This document shows positions 22,672-32,600 of a stretch of 52,246 bases of DNA, in pieces. The notes under the pieces are model-generated. The model did not search any database, was not told where the DNA came from, and saw only the letters and a list, made by a program, of their open reading frames with translations. The first letter of the stretch is position 1. Each line of letters opens with the position of its first letter. Both the position numbers and the translations under genes were made by a program. The stretch comes from a virus, in IMG/VR virus record IMGVR_UViG_3300038428_000302. One strand, 5' to 3'.

Positions 22672-23348
22672 CGGAGTAATTTCAATGCCTTGTTCATCAC
22701 GGCTTGGCCAGCATCTATCAATGGGATTTTTGTGTGCTTGGAGTTAATGACTAGAGGCAACTCGGTGCATCCTACAATCACCATCCGCGCGCCGCGCTGT
22801 TTCAGGTTGATAAGCACGTTACGCACTACATGGAAATCACCCTTTGTCTGCGTGCCAGAGATAACGGCTTTGATGGCCAAATCCAGAAAGAACTGTTCCT
22901 CATCGTTGGTCAGCACATAGTTGATGCCGCGATCTCCCAAGGCGTCTTGATAGAGACAGGATTTTCGAGTTGATGCCGACGAGATGATTCCAACTCGTTG
23001 GACGCCCTTAGGAACTGCATCACAGGCCTCATCAATTATATTCAACAGTGTGCCGGGGAAATACGATGCGAGGTCTTTGAAAGCATAAGCTGAGTTGCAG
23101 GCGATCACTGCGTAATGGCAATTCCATTTTCCCAGCTTGATGAGAGTTTCGACCAGTTGACGCTTGACATGAGAGTGGTCAATAATTCCCTTTTCGTCCA
23201 TACCCACGACGGGTAGGTTATAAAGTAGGAAACTTGGGAAGTCAGAATCAAGTTTGGCTCCGTCATCCTTGGATTTCTGCAATAGATAATCGGCCATTCG
23301 GAGTCCCGCGAAGGCTCCCATGCCGGAGATTATTCCCAGTGTTTTCAT
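22668..23348 (-). CDS. Asp/Glu/hydantoin racemase-family protein, aspartate-racemase-like (226 aa)
   Basis: MKTLGIISGMGAFAG (N-terminal GxxGGMG-type), first catalytic Cys motif VIACNSAY, second catalytic Cys motif IVGCTELPLV. Length and order match aspartate racemases. Confidence 0.8.
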   Translation of the reverse strand: MKTLGIISGMGAFAGLRMADYLLQKSKDDGAKLDSDFPSFLLYNLPVVGMDEKGIIDHSHVKRQLVETLIKLGKWNCHYAVIACNSAYAFKDLASYFPGTLLNIIDEACDAVPKGVQRVGIISSASTRKSCLYQDALGDRGINYVLTNDEEQFFLDLAIKAVISGTQTKGDFHVVRNVLINLKQRGARMVIVGCTELPLVINSKHTKIPLIDAGQAVMNKALKLLR

Positions 23349-25603
23349 TTATCCGATCCATTGGAAAGTTTTGCATAAGCACTGCGACTGTTTTTTAATC
23401 CACCTCGCAAAATCTCCGCAACGGCCTTTGCGTTCTGCCGTTTTTGATCGGCAACGAATGACGTGTCTTTGTGCCTTCGCTTTTGGATGTCGGCAAGCTC
23501 TTTGGACTTCAACTTCTGTTGTGTCTCAGCCTGTTTCCCGGCCAGCTTGACCTTTGTTTCGGCCATTTGCTGTTGCAACTCGCCATTGCCATTTTGCTGC
23601 TGCTTTTTCTGCACCTCCATTTGAAGGTGTTGCTGCAACTTTTTGATTTCGTTGTTGACTTGGCTCAATGCCTTCGCAAATTCCTTCATTTTCGGCTCGT
23701 TACCAACGTCACCTTGCATTCCTTGAATCAGTTTGCCGATGAACGCGGATACATTTTGTAGGCCGATGAGTTCCATCGGTGTTGCCATCTTGGTCGTGGA
23801 CTCAATTTTGACGATGTAACGGGTAGCCAATTCGAGCAGCTTTTGAATCTGTTCGATGGGGTTCAATCCTTCGGGGATGGACGGGGGCATACCGAGCATC
23901 ATCAGCGGGAAGTTAGCGGCGGCAGCGGCGGAGGCATCGGAAATGACTTTCTTGCTGGCTTGCACCCACCGTTTTGCGCGACGCGAACCGACCATTTGAA
24001 CTGCTGCGTCGTGCAACGCCTCGGCCTGGGCGGACGGGTCGAGCATGGGACGTAACTTCATTGCGTTCTCCGCCTCCACCATTGCCATTGTGGGGTTGCC
24101 ACCACCGAGCGGCTGTGTGATTTCCACGCGCCACTTTTTTACATCAATCCATTCCTCTGCTATGCCCTGCTTTTTGCAAGCCTTTTGGAAAGCCATCACG
24201 TCCTCGTCATCGGACTTTTTTAGACAGAACCGGCGACAGATTTCTTTCGCGGCAGATTTCTCGTAGATACGCGCTACCAACATTAGTCCTGACAGCATGG
24301 CATTTGTCTGCTGGACTTTCACGCCCGTCTCGAATGCGGTTTGTTCTTTCTTCGTGCCGGTGTCAATGTTTTGGGTGTAGGCCGTGGATGCTTCCTGCTG
24401 TAATTGCTTGCCCATTGCCAATGCCATTTCAGCGAGACCGGAATCAATCTGGTGACGTTCGGCGGCGGGCACAATGGACACTCCCGGCTTGATTACGCCG
24501 AGATTTTGGAACACTTGAATCTGGGCGCGTGCGCGATCAACAGGGTCGGCAATACGAAGCAAAATGTTGAACTGGTCGAGTATGTGTTTGAGCAGCCGGT
24601 TACGGGTAAAATCCGTCCAGTAACACGGTTCAAACAGGGCGAATCCGAGCGAGCGGACGGAGTGATACAAAAACGGTGCTTTGTTATTCAAGTCACCAAA
24701 CTGAACGTGCAAAATATGACGCCAACTTGGTGCAATCGCTCCCTCATGTTCACAGATAAATTTGTCATCAGCCTCGGCGGTAACACCTGACGTGTTGTTT
24801 TCAGGGACGACCTTCAGATGCCAACTACCGTCATCGTCCTCGTGGTAAAAATGCCAAAGATTGATTGTCGGCATGGCGTCCCCAGACCAGTAACCGGCAT
24901 TTTGCTTCCGCAATTCCTCAAACTTCTCCGGCACGGTGTTCCAGTCGTAGTTATTTTCGGCCATCGTGGTATTGCACTCTTTGACATTCTCCAAAATGGC
25001 CGAGACAGCTTTCTTGTTCCACTTGAATTTGCTTTTGACTTTGGAAAACGCCTTACGCGATAGTTCGCCCGGCGTGTAGGGTATGCGAACGGCAAACCAA
25101 GTGAGGTTGCGGAATGAAAGTTCGGTGTCGGTGGGAACTCGCAAGTCCTCAATGGCAACGTATCGCGGAAGCCAGTTGTAAGTGTCCTCCCACATTATAG
25201 GGCCTATGCCGTGACTGACGACCCCCGACCATTTGGAGCGATGCACTTCAAAGTATTCCAATTCATGCTCGCCCTCCTTCATCACGTCATTGATGAATTC
25301 GGTGATGAAATCGCCCCAATCAGATCGCACTTCTTCCGGTGCTTTGGGGACGGACACGGTAAAATAATTGTCTTGTGAACAGAAGTTTGTGATGTATTGT
25401 CGGCGTGCATGGGAGAGCGCACCCATGAACTCGCCCCACCGGATATTTATTTCCATGCCGACCCGCTTGGCCTCATCTTCATCTAAAAGAGGTTCGTTAT
25501 TGGCAGCACGGTTGATAAGGACTCTGTTACGACCGCGTTTCAACTCGGCGTCATCGCCGCTCCTAATCGTTTCTAAAACTTTTTCTGGCGTGCTGAAATT
25601 CAT
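23345..25603 (-). CDS. Putative portal protein (752 aa)
   Basis: Start set at the ATG at 25603 (ATGA overlap with the HNH stop). The size, the position downstream of terminase and HNH, and the long charged helical C-terminal tail fit podovirus-type portals. No explicit motif, so the call rests on context. Confidence 0.55.
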   Translation of the reverse strand: MNFSTPEKVLETIRSGDDAELKRGRNRVLINRAANNEPLLDEDEAKRVGMEINIRWGEFMGALSHARRQYITNFCSQDNYFTVSVPKAPEEVRSDWGDFITEFINDVMKEGEHELEYFEVHRSKWSGVVSHGIGPIMWEDTYNWLPRYVAIEDLRVPTDTELSFRNLTWFAVRIPYTPGELSRKAFSKVKSKFKWNKKAVSAILENVKECNTTMAENNYDWNTVPEKFEELRKQNAGYWSGDAMPTINLWHFYHEDDDGSWHLKVVPENNTSGVTAEADDKFICEHEGAIAPSWRHILHVQFGDLNNKAPFLYHSVRSLGFALFEPCYWTDFTRNRLLKHILDQFNILLRIADPVDRARAQIQVFQNLGVIKPGVSIVPAAERHQIDSGLAEMALAMGKQLQQEASTAYTQNIDTGTKKEQTAFETGVKVQQTNAMLSGLMLVARIYEKSAAKEICRRFCLKKSDDEDVMAFQKACKKQGIAEEWIDVKKWRVEITQPLGGGNPTMAMVEAENAMKLRPMLDPSAQAEALHDAAVQMVGSRRAKRWVQASKKVISDASAAAAANFPLMMLGMPPSIPEGLNPIEQIQKLLELATRYIVKIESTTKMATPMELIGLQNVSAFIGKLIQGMQGDVGNEPKMKEFAKALSQVNNEIKKLQQHLQMEVQKKQQQNGNGELQQQMAETKVKLAGKQAETQQKLKSKELADIQKRRHKDTSFVADQKRQNAKAVAEILRGGLKNSRSAYAKLSNGSDK

Positions 25604-26346
25604 AGTGCCAATACTTGTTGCCCAAGCCTCATCCAATCCTGAATCAGCTTGTCGTGTTTATGTTGATTGCAACTAGGGCAACTCGCACAAAGATTTGTTA
25701 CACTGTGTGCGCCGCCTTTGCTCAATGGAACAATATGGTCTATGTGAGCAGTTTTGCCAGCGGTTTTATTTTTACAATAGTAGCAGGCAACTTGTTTTGT
25801 TGCTCGAATCCCCCTTACAAATTTATTTATCGCAACAGGGTTTATTGTGTTACCGAGTTTGAAAGCGCGACGTTTTTGAGTTCCGCTGGCAGCATAAATG
25901 CGTATCTTGTGCCTGTTTTTCAAAGCCCAACGCTTCGATTTCTCTCGCACTTTTTCTGGATTATTTTTATGCCACGCTTTTGATTGCTCTGCAATTCTCT
26001 TTTTGACTTCTGGCCTTTGGTAGTAAGCTCGTCTTTTGGGGCGAAGTCTTTCTCGGTCACGTTCTCTGTGGCGATAATAATACCTCAACTTCGTTGCCTT
26101 CACCTTTTCGGGATTTTTTTTCCTCCAAATCTTTGACCGTTCCGACCAAATCTTCTTCTTTTCTGGATGCCGCGCTTTCCACGCCTTGTTAAGTTCCGCC
26201 ATTTTTTCACGGTTATTGTTACGCCAAATCTTCCCCGTGCTTAAAACGTGATCTTTGTTTTTTAGATAGTAGTTTTTGTTGTGTGCGCGTATCTTCTCTT
26301 TGTTTCGCTGCCTATACAATTTCCAGTATTCGGCGGTCTGGGGCAT
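25600..26346 (-). CDS. HNH endonuclease (248 aa) with N-terminal basic repeats
   Basis: C-terminus CYYCKNKTAGKTAHIDHIVPLSKGGAHSVTNLCASCPSCNQHK (HNH with Cys4 zinc sites). The N-terminus carries repeated W-x-KKNPEKV-like units. Start taken at MPQTAEYW, 5 nt after the upstream stop. Confidence 0.85.
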   Translation of the reverse strand: MPQTAEYWKLYRQRNKEKIRAHNKNYYLKNKDHVLSTGKIWRNNNREKMAELNKAWKARHPEKKKIWSERSKIWRKKNPEKVKATKLRYYYRHRERDRERLRPKRRAYYQRPEVKKRIAEQSKAWHKNNPEKVREKSKRWALKNRHKIRIYAASGTQKRRAFKLGNTINPVAINKFVRGIRATKQVACYYCKNKTAGKTAHIDHIVPLSKGGAHSVTNLCASCPSCNQHKHDKLIQDWMRLGQQVLAL

Positions 26347-26351
26347 AAAAT

Positions 26352-26675
26352 TTAATCTGTTTTTACAGGCGTTCCGCAGCCTGCACAATTTTGTTTAATG
26401 AAGTGGTGATTTTGGTGGACGCGATCAAAAGGTTCAGAGCAATTCCAGCAGAATCGTTCGTCATTTTGTCGAACGGCGCAGTTAAAGCGGTCAACGTCTT
26501 CGAGGCACTCACACAGACTGGAACGGGGAAGATTGTTGGCGATTCGAAATGAACTGACAGCCTTAACGACTTCTTCGATGATTGGGTTTGCTCCGAAACG
26601 GTGACGGACGCCTTCAGTCTGTTCATAAACATAATTGTTCGGCAGAGGATTGTTATAGGATTTTAAGATATACAC
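26352..26675 (-). CDS. Cys-rich hypothetical protein (107 aa)
   Basis: ORF between the terminase and HNH genes. CxC, CWNC and CAGC motifs. Confidence 0.55.
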   Translation of the reverse strand: MYILKSYNNPLPNNYVYEQTEGVRHRFGANPIIEEVVKAVSSFRIANNLPRSSLCECLEDVDRFNCAVRQNDERFCWNCSEPFDRVHQNHHFIKQNCAGCGTPVKTD

Positions 26676-26746
26676 AACTCAAATCAGAAAAACTTGTTGA
26701 CCAGTCCTAATCCATTAAGCATAGATTATCAGAAATTAAATTTTTG

Positions 26747-29584
26747 TCAATGTTTCAAAAGTCCGGCCTTGATAGCGTTATTCCATTCTTCCGATTCTTT
26801 TGTAAAATAATCTTCCTCGTTGGCTGTGGATTTCACGTTCCGGCCAATGCGCTGAATCTGGAAGCCAAGTTGCCTAGCACCTTCAAGGGCTACGCAACAC
26901 CAGTCCATCAGGTCGGGAGATTTCTTTAACCGGTCCTTCATGTCCTCTTTTGGTTCGACTTCGATTTTGTTTCCGGCAACAGTTTTGAACAATCTGCACT
27001 GGCCTTCTTGGGCGACTTCCATCGGCAAAGACCGCACTTGATCTGACTCAATGGCTTCTCGCATCGAATACCACAATTCGGTTACGAACTTTTGGTATTG
27101 TTCATCGCACCGTTTCAGCCGTTTTCCATTCTTTCCATCGTCCACAAATAAATCGAATCGCACCGGCCTGTCAGTTGGGCGCGCGCCGGAGTCCACAGGA
27201 ATTGGGCAGTTAAAACCGAACTGCTTTGCGAAGGACGATCCGAGTGTGCCGCGCCCAAATGAATCGTAGAAAATGTTTTTTGGTGGAATACCGAGCCGGT
27301 CGGATTGCTGTTTGATGAACTCCGCTATTTGTCCTTCGGCATCGAGCGATGAGTTCAGTCGGATTGGAATTATTTCCGGTGTGCCTACCGAGAAAATAAT
27401 GTTGCCGTCCTTGTCCTCACCATATTCGCACTCGCCACCAACGCAACGGTCGCCACCGCCATACGCCGGGTCTAAAGCGTAGAGTTTCGTTCGCGGCGTT
27501 CCCTTCCAGACAACAGAATCAAATGCGTGATGCTGTTCGCAAAGACCGATGGTGATGACGCGATTTGAAACCATCCCCTTTGACGGTTTGCCGATGCCCT
27601 GCTGATAAAGCTGCCATGAATCGTCGCCATAAGTTTTTCGCAGCCCTTCGATAAACGGTTTTGAAATCAGGAAATGATATTTTGTTTCCGACTGGTCATT
27701 GTTTGGGGTGTCCCTGCCATCGAACGCAACGACATGGGCATCATGCCAACGCGAAGTCCACTCTTGAGTTTTACCATTGTCAATGAATGAGTCCCAACCG
27801 CCAATCGGTTCGGCGGCGGTGCAAAGGGGGTCGGAGATGTCAGTCGGGTTGCCAGATTGGACGCCCTTGAAATTATCATCCACAGTCCAGTTTGTGTATG
27901 CGTCGAGATAGCTGGTTTCCATAACAGCGGATTCATCTCCGTAATGAGTCAACAGTCCATCGTGCTTTCCGGGCGAGCTAGGGGCTTTAACACCCTGATA
28001 TTTTCCCATGCCAACGAAGCGGCCGCCTGAAATACAAGGAACGCAAGCTATGCCGCGAGAGAGCAGTCGAGCGAATTGGCCTTCATCGTCAATTTTGTCC
28101 GGGACAATCGCCCTTGCGGATTCGAGCAGGTAGCCGTCCAGCCAGCCGTAGCGCTCCCGCGCACGATTGAAAAGCCACTTGATTCCCCTTCCCCAGATTT
28201 TCTGGTCAAGACTCCGCATATCCGTCGAGGAAACCAGCGCAAACGATGTGAATGGGAAAGCCCAAAAAGTTATCAGGCAATGAGCGGCCATCAGATAAGT
28301 TTTTCCCGAATTGTGATGGATTGCTCCCTCCGCAAAATAATGATGCACGTTTGGAACACACAAATCATAGAATGTTTCTTTGTGGGATTTAGTTATTGAC
28401 ACCACCCGCGATTGTGATACCTTGAAACGATATGACTCATTATTACAAACGGAACGCGAAAAGGGATTCTCGAATTTTGTCTCTTTTTCTTCATCTGAAC
28501 AGAGATTTGGTTGTGACCGCTCGACTGTCAAACATGAAGATTGCAGCGACTCGGAATGTTTTAAAGGCTGCTGGTGAGAAATTCCCGAAAACAAAACTTC
28601 ATCCAAATAGTGCGTGCCATAAAAATCAGAAGTTGGTTTTTGAAATGGAACAGTCCGGTTCAAGTTTGGATGAAATTGGTCGTCGGATTGGAACTGGGGG
28701 GCGTCATGTAAAAAGGTTTTTGCGCGAGCATGGCGTGACGCGAGATTTTTTGACGAGCAAAAAGGCTGAACGCCACTACGCTTGGAAGGGAGGTAGAATA
28801 ATCGACAAGGACGGTTATGCGACGGTGTATTGTCCTGATCATCCCCACCGCCGGAAGCATACGCCTTATATTTTAGAGCATCGTCTTGTGATGGAAAAGA
28901 TGATTGGCCGTTTTTTGCTGCCGGAAGAAGTCGTTCATCATCGGGACAAGAACAAGCAGAATAATTCTCCTGAAAACTTGCAACTTTTTTCAGAGAATCG
29001 GGAACATTTAGCACAAGAGTTAAAGGGTTGTGTTCCGAATTGGAGTCCTGAAGGTTTTGCTCGTATGAAAGAATCAGGGAACCGAACCGGAGATTTGAGA
29101 CGTGGCAAAAGTCCCCATTTGTGGCTAAGACGCGGTGAGATGCAGTCGCCTTGAATCGTTGTCCGTTTTCCAAAACGACTTCGTATAAATCTTCTTCACC
29201 TTTAATGAAGGGGATGCCCGCTTGTGCTGCTCCCGCTAGTGTCAGCACCGTTGGAGCGATTTGTTTTTCGTAAAGTTCTCGTATTGTCGGTTGTTCTCCG
29301 GTTAGAGGATTCAAAATTCGGGTGTCACCCGAAACACAACTGGCCGATCCAAGAAATACACTCACCTTATTTTCAACGATGGCTTTCATTCCTTGCACGA
29401 ACCAGCGATGTTGGTCATCTTCCGGCCAGAGCAATTTGTGGGCATTAAGATAATGCTGAAGCCGGTTTGTCCCGTGATATTTTAGGGATGCATCAGATTG
29501 AGCTAAAACAGAAAGCTCAATGGCAAGCGGGTCAAGGTTGTTGTCCAAATCAAATCCGTATTTGAGCATGAGCCAACAATACAT
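26747..29584 (-). CDS. terL: Terminase large subunit precursor (945 aa) containing a 343-aa intein in the Walker A loop
   Basis: Removing residues 83-425 joins ..VSVFLGSAS to SGKTYLMAAH.., giving the Walker A GSASSGKT. Downstream are YGDESAVME (Walker B/coupling-like) and a nuclease-type LDPAYGGGDRCV. The extein is 602 aa. Confidence 0.85.
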   Translation of the reverse strand: MYCWLMLKYGFDLDNNLDPLAIELSVLAQSDASLKYHGTNRLQHYLNAHKLLWPEDDQHRWFVQGMKAIVENKVSVFLGSASCVSGDTRILNPLTGEQPTIRELYEKQIAPTVLTLAGAAQAGIPFIKGEEDLYEVVLENGQRFKATASHRVLATNGDFCHVSNLRFGSLILSYEQNLQDSNSEHNPLTLVLNVPDSLKKVASFQENYSACSCPDDERLLPAAKNGQSSFPSQDDALKYKAYASGGGDDQDNTPSHNRPCRLFYLPSKRSGVQPFCSSKNLASRHARAKTFLHDAPQFQSDDQFHPNLNRTVPFQKPTSDFYGTHYLDEVLFSGISHQQPLKHSESLQSSCLTVERSQPNLCSDEEKETKFENPFSRSVCNNESYRFKVSQSRVVSITKSHKETFYDLCVPNVHHYFAEGAIHHNSGKTYLMAAHCLITFWAFPFTSFALVSSTDMRSLDQKIWGRGIKWLFNRARERYGWLDGYLLESARAIVPDKIDDEGQFARLLSRGIACVPCISGGRFVGMGKYQGVKAPSSPGKHDGLLTHYGDESAVMETSYLDAYTNWTVDDNFKGVQSGNPTDISDPLCTAAEPIGGWDSFIDNGKTQEWTSRWHDAHVVAFDGRDTPNNDQSETKYHFLISKPFIEGLRKTYGDDSWQLYQQGIGKPSKGMVSNRVITIGLCEQHHAFDSVVWKGTPRTKLYALDPAYGGGDRCVGGECEYGEDKDGNIIFSVGTPEIIPIRLNSSLDAEGQIAEFIKQQSDRLGIPPKNIFYDSFGRGTLGSSFAKQFGFNCPIPVDSGARPTDRPVRFDLFVDDGKNGKRLKRCDEQYQKFVTELWYSMREAIESDQVRSLPMEVAQEGQCRLFKTVAGNKIEVEPKEDMKDRLKKSPDLMDWCCVALEGARQLGFQIQRIGRNVKSTANEEDYFTKESEEWNNAIKAGLLKH
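28396..28423 (+). promoter_or_regulatory. Possible extended -10 promoter TTGACA-N16-(TGa)TACCTT upstream of the antisense HNH gene
   Basis: Read directly on the plus strand. The -10 ends 8 nt before the ATG at 28432. It is embedded in terminase coding sequence, so chance occurrence cannot be excluded. Confidence 0.3.
28432..29154 (+). CDS. HNH (HNH_3-type) homing endonuclease with N-terminal HTH, encoded antisense inside the terminase intein (240 aa; may start at 28534)
   Basis: HTH-like SLDEIGRRIGTGGRHVKRFLREHGV. HNH_3 core DGYATVYCPDHPHRRKHTPYILEHRLVMEKMIGRFLLPEEVVHHRDKNKQNNSPENLQLFSENREH. Confidence 0.8.
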   Translation: MTHYYKRNAKRDSRILSLFLHLNRDLVVTARLSNMKIAATRNVLKAAGEKFPKTKLHPNSACHKNQKLVFEMEQSGSSLDEIGRRIGTGGRHVKRFLREHGVTRDFLTSKKAERHYAWKGGRIIDKDGYATVYCPDHPHRRKHTPYILEHRLVMEKMIGRFLLPEEVVHHRDKNKQNNSPENLQLFSENREHLAQELKGCVPNWSPEGFARMKESGNRTGDLRRGKSPHLWLRRGEMQSP

Positions 29585-29623
29585 CTTGCGAATTCGTAAA
29601 ACAAGGCGTAGTTATATGAATTG

Positions 29624-32600
29624 ATGGCTAGAGGCGCAACAAAGTCTGTATTTCTGAAAGATTTTCTCGGCAACTTTTTGGGCGGCATTGACGGCGGGGT
29701 TGACCCGCACCTGCTCAAGAAAGACAAGCTCGCGTGGGCGGTGAACTCAACGGTTCGCGGCGGTTTTATCGGCCCGATGCCAAAAATCCTTTCCTACAAT
29801 TTCTCGGATGGCGGGATTCCGGTCATCGGTGGAAGTGCGGCAGTTTCCTACTTCGTTCAAAACGGTGTTTTTCAAGGGGCAACACCACAGGCGTATCAAC
29901 CCCACGCAAGTTCAATTCTTCCCGGCCCGACATTCTTTGCGCTCATCAGCGGACGGTTGTTCGGATTCACGCCGGATTTCTCGGTCAGCATTGCAGGAGC
30001 TTACGTTGCTTCACCAGGAATGATTGCGGTTGTGGAATACACGCCGACCGTTTCAGGCTCAAGTCCAGTTCAGGCAGATTTGAACTCGGCGACCGCGCCG
30101 CAAGCGTGGCTTGACCAAGCGGAAAATTATCTCATCGTGCAGGATGGGACAACGCCAAACCCGCTTGTGTTTGACGGCAACAAATCTTTCCGCTCGTATT
30201 CGCTGCAACAAGTCGTTGGAACATTCTCGAATGGAACCGCGCTTGTAGCTCCTGTTTCTGGCGGTGTCATTGTAGCAACAGTTACGACGGACATCACAAC
30301 TATTGACCCGAAGTTCTTCAACATTCCGGTTGCCCTTTATGCGCCATCGGGGGGTATTGCGGTGGGGATAAGTCCTGTTACGCCTGCCTATGCCGGGGGG
30401 CAATACATCGGACAAATGGCACTTACGATTGTTCCGCCAATGACCGGCGGGGCGTTGCTTTCTTCGGCGGCAACGGGAACTGTTAAAACCGGGGACACGA
30501 TTTTTCTCCAAAATTCAAATTACCCAATAAGCAATCCGACTATAAATATCGGCGGGAGTTATCCGATTGCGTATTCTCCAAACCCGACCGTTAATACCGC
30601 CGATGCCAACAATGCTCAAAATACAACCGGATTTGTGTCCGGCTCATTGGTGGCAGTCGCAACAGTCGCACAGTGGGCTGCTGTGGTGGGTTCACCCTAT
30701 GGTAGTCCCCTACAACCCACAGGGCAAACAGCGCAAGTGACTTCCAATTCCATCACGCCGTCCATGATTGCGGCGGGCAGTTTCACCATCCCGCTTCCAT
30801 CCGACCCCTACGGAAGTAATTCTCAAATCACCGCCATCACGCTTCAATACCAGACGCAAGCCACAGTGCCGGTTGTCAGCTACGCTCCGATTGGAACCAT
30901 TGGCGGGACAGGATTAACTTACAGCTTTCCGAATACAGCATTGGCGGTTGTGCTTTCAGGAGGTGCGTCTTATCCGACCACTTCAACACAGGGAGCGACT
31001 GTTTTTGTCGGCAGTAACACAACCATTCCAGCGGCTAATTTGCAATGCACTATTGATTCACCATCTACTGCTACGACCTATTACCTGACAAACAATTCAG
31101 TCGTCGCCGGAATTGTGTTGCAAAATGTCGTCGTTCAAACTGTAATCGGAATACCCTGCGGCAAGGCGTGGACATATTGTCAGGGACGAATCTGGACATC
31201 GCTTCCCAACGGCACTCAGTTTGTTGCGGGTGATGCGGTTGGTAGTTCCAGCGGGACGGCGGCAAACGGTTTTCTCGATGCCATCCTCTACACGATGCAG
31301 AACACGCTTCTGTCCAACGGCGGCACGTTTAGCATCCCCGGAAACTACGGCACAATCAGGGCGTTGGTTGTCGCCCCAACGATGAATGTCCAGCTTGGGC
31401 AGGGGCCGCTTCAAGTTTTTACGACGCAAAGCGTTTTCAGCGTCAGTGCCCCGGCGGACATGACTACATGGCCAAGTCTGACAACTCCGATTGTCACAGT
31501 GTCGCTTATTGGCGCTGGCGGATTATCGCAGTGGTCAACAATTCCGGTGAACGGCGACATCCTGTTTCGCGCGCCTGATGGTATCCGTTCCATGACCATT
31601 GCTTCATTGGACTTTTACAAATGGAACAGCACACCATGCAGTCAGGAAGTTCACTTGGCACTCGATAGTGATAATCCGAGCCTGATCAATTTCTGTTCGG
31701 CAATACAATTTGATAACCGCGTCATCTTTGGCTGTTCGCCCGTCAGCGGAATCAACGGCGCATATTTTCAAAATGCTGCGGTGATGAATCTTGATGCGGT
31801 CAGCAATTTGCAAAACAAATCTCCGGCAGTTTGGGAGGGGGAATGGACAGGATTGAACACCTTGCAATGGATGACGGGAATTTTCGGGAACAAAGTTCGC
31901 TGTTTTTCATTCACATCAAACGGGACAACCATCGGTTTTTCGGAATTGTTGATGACGGCCGACGGTCAGGACATTACCGGCACAACAACGACGACATGGC
32001 AGTTTGAATCCTCGGTGCTTTTTGGCCGGAATGAAAGCGCGGGTGAATACGATTTATTGCGGTTGGAAGACGGAGAAGTTTATGTCCAGAACATCATCGG
32101 ACAAGTCGGGTTCATGGTCGAATTCAGGCCGGATTACGATACGTTGTGGCATCCGTGGTATTCGTGGAGCGTGGACAACACCAAAGGCAATGTCCCTTAT
32201 GCCGTCAGGATGGGGCTTGGCAATCCAATCGGCGGCGCGTCGGTTTCCGGCACTCAATATCGTGATGGATATGATTTTCAAGTTCGGGTGACGGTGGTTG
32301 GCTCGTGTAATTTTATGGGCTTGGCCGAAAAAGCCTCGGTTGTGCCGCAATCGGAATTTGCCAGACCAATCATTCCCATTCCGCCTACGCCACCTACACC
32401 GCCAGCCGTGCTGTTGAAACAGATGTTCGCCGCGTCGGGCGCGCCGACAACCCAAAACCCAGGAAACTTGGCGGGTATTTATTGGGATGTCCTTGATGAA
32501 GAATTTTATCTGTGGCTCGGAACGCAATGGGACACCGGAATCACGCCCACGGGATCGTTTGTGATCTGCACCGGGCGGCAGGCGTTTGCCGGTTCAGGTG

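Larger units (their letters stand above)
28310..29338 (-). mobile_element. Intein (343 aa; Cys1 ... His-Asn / Ser+1) inserted in the terminase P-loop
   Basis: Block A CVSGDTRILNPLTGE, block B GQRFKATASHRVLA (TxxH), block F ETFYDLCVPNVHHYFAEG, block G AIHHN followed by S. The central roughly 230 aa is low-complexity with no endonuclease motif in this frame. Confidence 0.85.
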
